From: a virus
Reading direction: 5' to 3' (one strand)
DNA length: 61,774 bases
Virus record (IMG/VR): IMGVR_UViG_3300045988_110955
The translations under genes and the position numbers were made by a program. The notes beneath the pieces were generated by a model. The model worked only from the letters and a program-made list of their open reading frames with translations, did no database searches and had not been told where the DNA came from. Below are positions 60,678 to 61,774 of the stretch, piece by piece. How positions within the stretch are numbered: position 1 is the first letter of the stretch; each line of letters begins with the position of its first letter.

Positions 60678-61774
60678 TTGGGAGCTGATACGGATAACAG
60701 GAGGATAATAAGCTACAAGAGGTTCAATCCGAACTTTCACCATTTGAAGCTGGCGTTGGGGAATGACGATATAAGGTTCATCTTCATGTACGGGGGATCG
60801 TCTTCCGCCAAGTCTTTCTCAGCGGCCCAAGCCTTCCTGTTGGAATGTATATCCAAGGGCTATAACACGATTGTCTTTAGGAAGACCGGAGCAACCATAG
60901 CGGACAGTATCTACAAGACGTTCCAAGAGGCGGCTAAATCATTGCATATAGATACTTTTTTCAAATTCCAAGAAAACCTTATAAGGTGTTTCAACGGTCC
61001 CTATATCCGGTTCAAAGGGCTGGACGATCCGGAGAAGATCAAGGGTCTCGAATCTTATCAGTACGTGTTTTGCGAGGAGATATCCGAGTTCGATGAATCC
61101 GACTTGAAACAGATAAGGAAGCGTCTCCGTGGTCGCAAGGGACAGAAGATCGTAGCTCTATTTAACCCGATATCGGAGGATCATTGGATCAAGAAAAAGA
61201 TATTTGATACCGAGACATTGACCGAGGTGGACAATCATCTGTACGGGAAGCTCAAGGATAGCGTAACGGGTAAGATACTGCCAAAGGAATATTCCGAGAT
61301 AGGGAGGAAATGGGTCAATTCCGAGCGGACCATATACAATCCAAGGAAAAAGACTTACGAGACGCACCGCCCGGATATGGTTATCATCAAGTCCACCTAT
61401 CTTAATAATTTCTGGGTCGTAGGGTCTCCTGATGGCACGTATGGCTTTTATGACGCTCAGACGATAGCGGATTTCGAGAGGGACAAGGAAAGGGATTACG
61501 CTTATTATCTGATATACGCCTTGGGCGAGTGGGGGACGATAAGGACGGGTGGCGAGTTCTTCCACGCCTTCGACCCCGCCAAGCATAAGGGCAAGTGCCC
61601 ATATGTCAAGGCTCCCGTGCATATATCGATAGATAACAACGTCCTGCCTTATATCTCCATCTCTTTTTGGCAGGTTGAGACCGGGGATATAACGAGGATA
61701 AGGCAGATTCACGAGGAAACCCCGTCCGATCCGTTCAACACGGTCACCAAGGCCGCCGAGATCGCCGTTGAATA
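60678..61774 (+). CDS. terL: Terminase large subunit, N-terminal ATPase part (runs off the window end and continues at base 56)
   Basis: Frame is open from the stop at 60648-60650 to the window end. TTG at 60678 is the first plausible start. Walker A is MYGGSSSAKS and a Walker B-like motif is YVFCEEISEF. Not in the ORF track because there is no stop in the window. Confidence 0.9.
   Translation, partial: MGADTDNRRIISYKRFNPNFHHLKLALGNDDIRFIFMYGGSSSAKSFSAAQAFLLECISKGYNTIVFRKTGATIADSIYKTFQEAAKSLHIDTFFKFQENLIRCFNGPYIRFKGLDDPEKIKGLESYQYVFCEEISEFDESDLKQIRKRLRGRKGQKIVALFNPISEDHWIKKKIFDTETLTEVDNHLYGKLKDSVTGKILPKEYSEIGRKWVNSERTIYNPRKKTYETHRPDMVIIKSTYLNNFWVVGSPDGTYGFYDAQTIADFERDKERDYAYYLIYALGEWGTIRTGGEFFHAFDPAKHKGKCPYVKAPVHISIDNNVLPYISISFWQVETGDITRIRQIHEETPSDPFNTVTKAAEIAVE
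61720..61774. repeat. Second copy of the 55-bp terminal overlap
   Basis: Identical to 1-55. Confidence 0.95.

Overview
The window is a complete, circularly closed temperate siphovirus-like phage genome. The unit length is 61,719 bp; bases 1-55 repeat 61720-61774 inside the terminase large-subunit gene. Signals look Bacteroidota-like: TAnnTTTG promoter boxes, mostly no Shine-Dalgarno sites, and a Bacteroidota-type tyrosine integrase. The + strand carries terS, terL, portal, prohead protease, HK97 capsid, tail genes and the tape measure. Next comes a 7-kb AT-rich accessory island with KilA-N/Ant proteins, a Panacea-type toxin-antitoxin pair, an XRE-lipoprotein-YbjQ-fusion operon and a second Ant module. 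This is followed by tail and fibre genes, a diversity-generating retroelement (DGR) acting on the last fibre gene, a lysis cassette, HicAB and four unknown genes. The - strand (36.8-55.2 kb) carries the early and replication module: ERF recombinase, an SSB-like protein, DUF1367, DnaB interrupted by an intein, an ACP-like protein, VRR-NUC, YopX, AntA and an SPFH lipoprotein. Interspersed with these genes are tRNA-like genes and long structured non-coding stretches. The immunity and integration region holds a CI-like S24 repressor with palindromic operators, a tRNA 3' fragment (candidate attP) with a terminator, and the integrase. Four things deserve a second look. (1) A four-copy promoter plus leader-hairpin cassette punctuates the late genes, and its stem shows covariation. 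(2) A set of tRNA-like elements has canonical acceptor and T arms but aberrant anticodon regions, together with conserved-loop hairpins. (3) The DGR carries a non-Avd-like accessory ORF. (4) The defence/immunity island sits between two copies of the late cassette. All calls come from reading the sequence and translations by eye; no database search was run.
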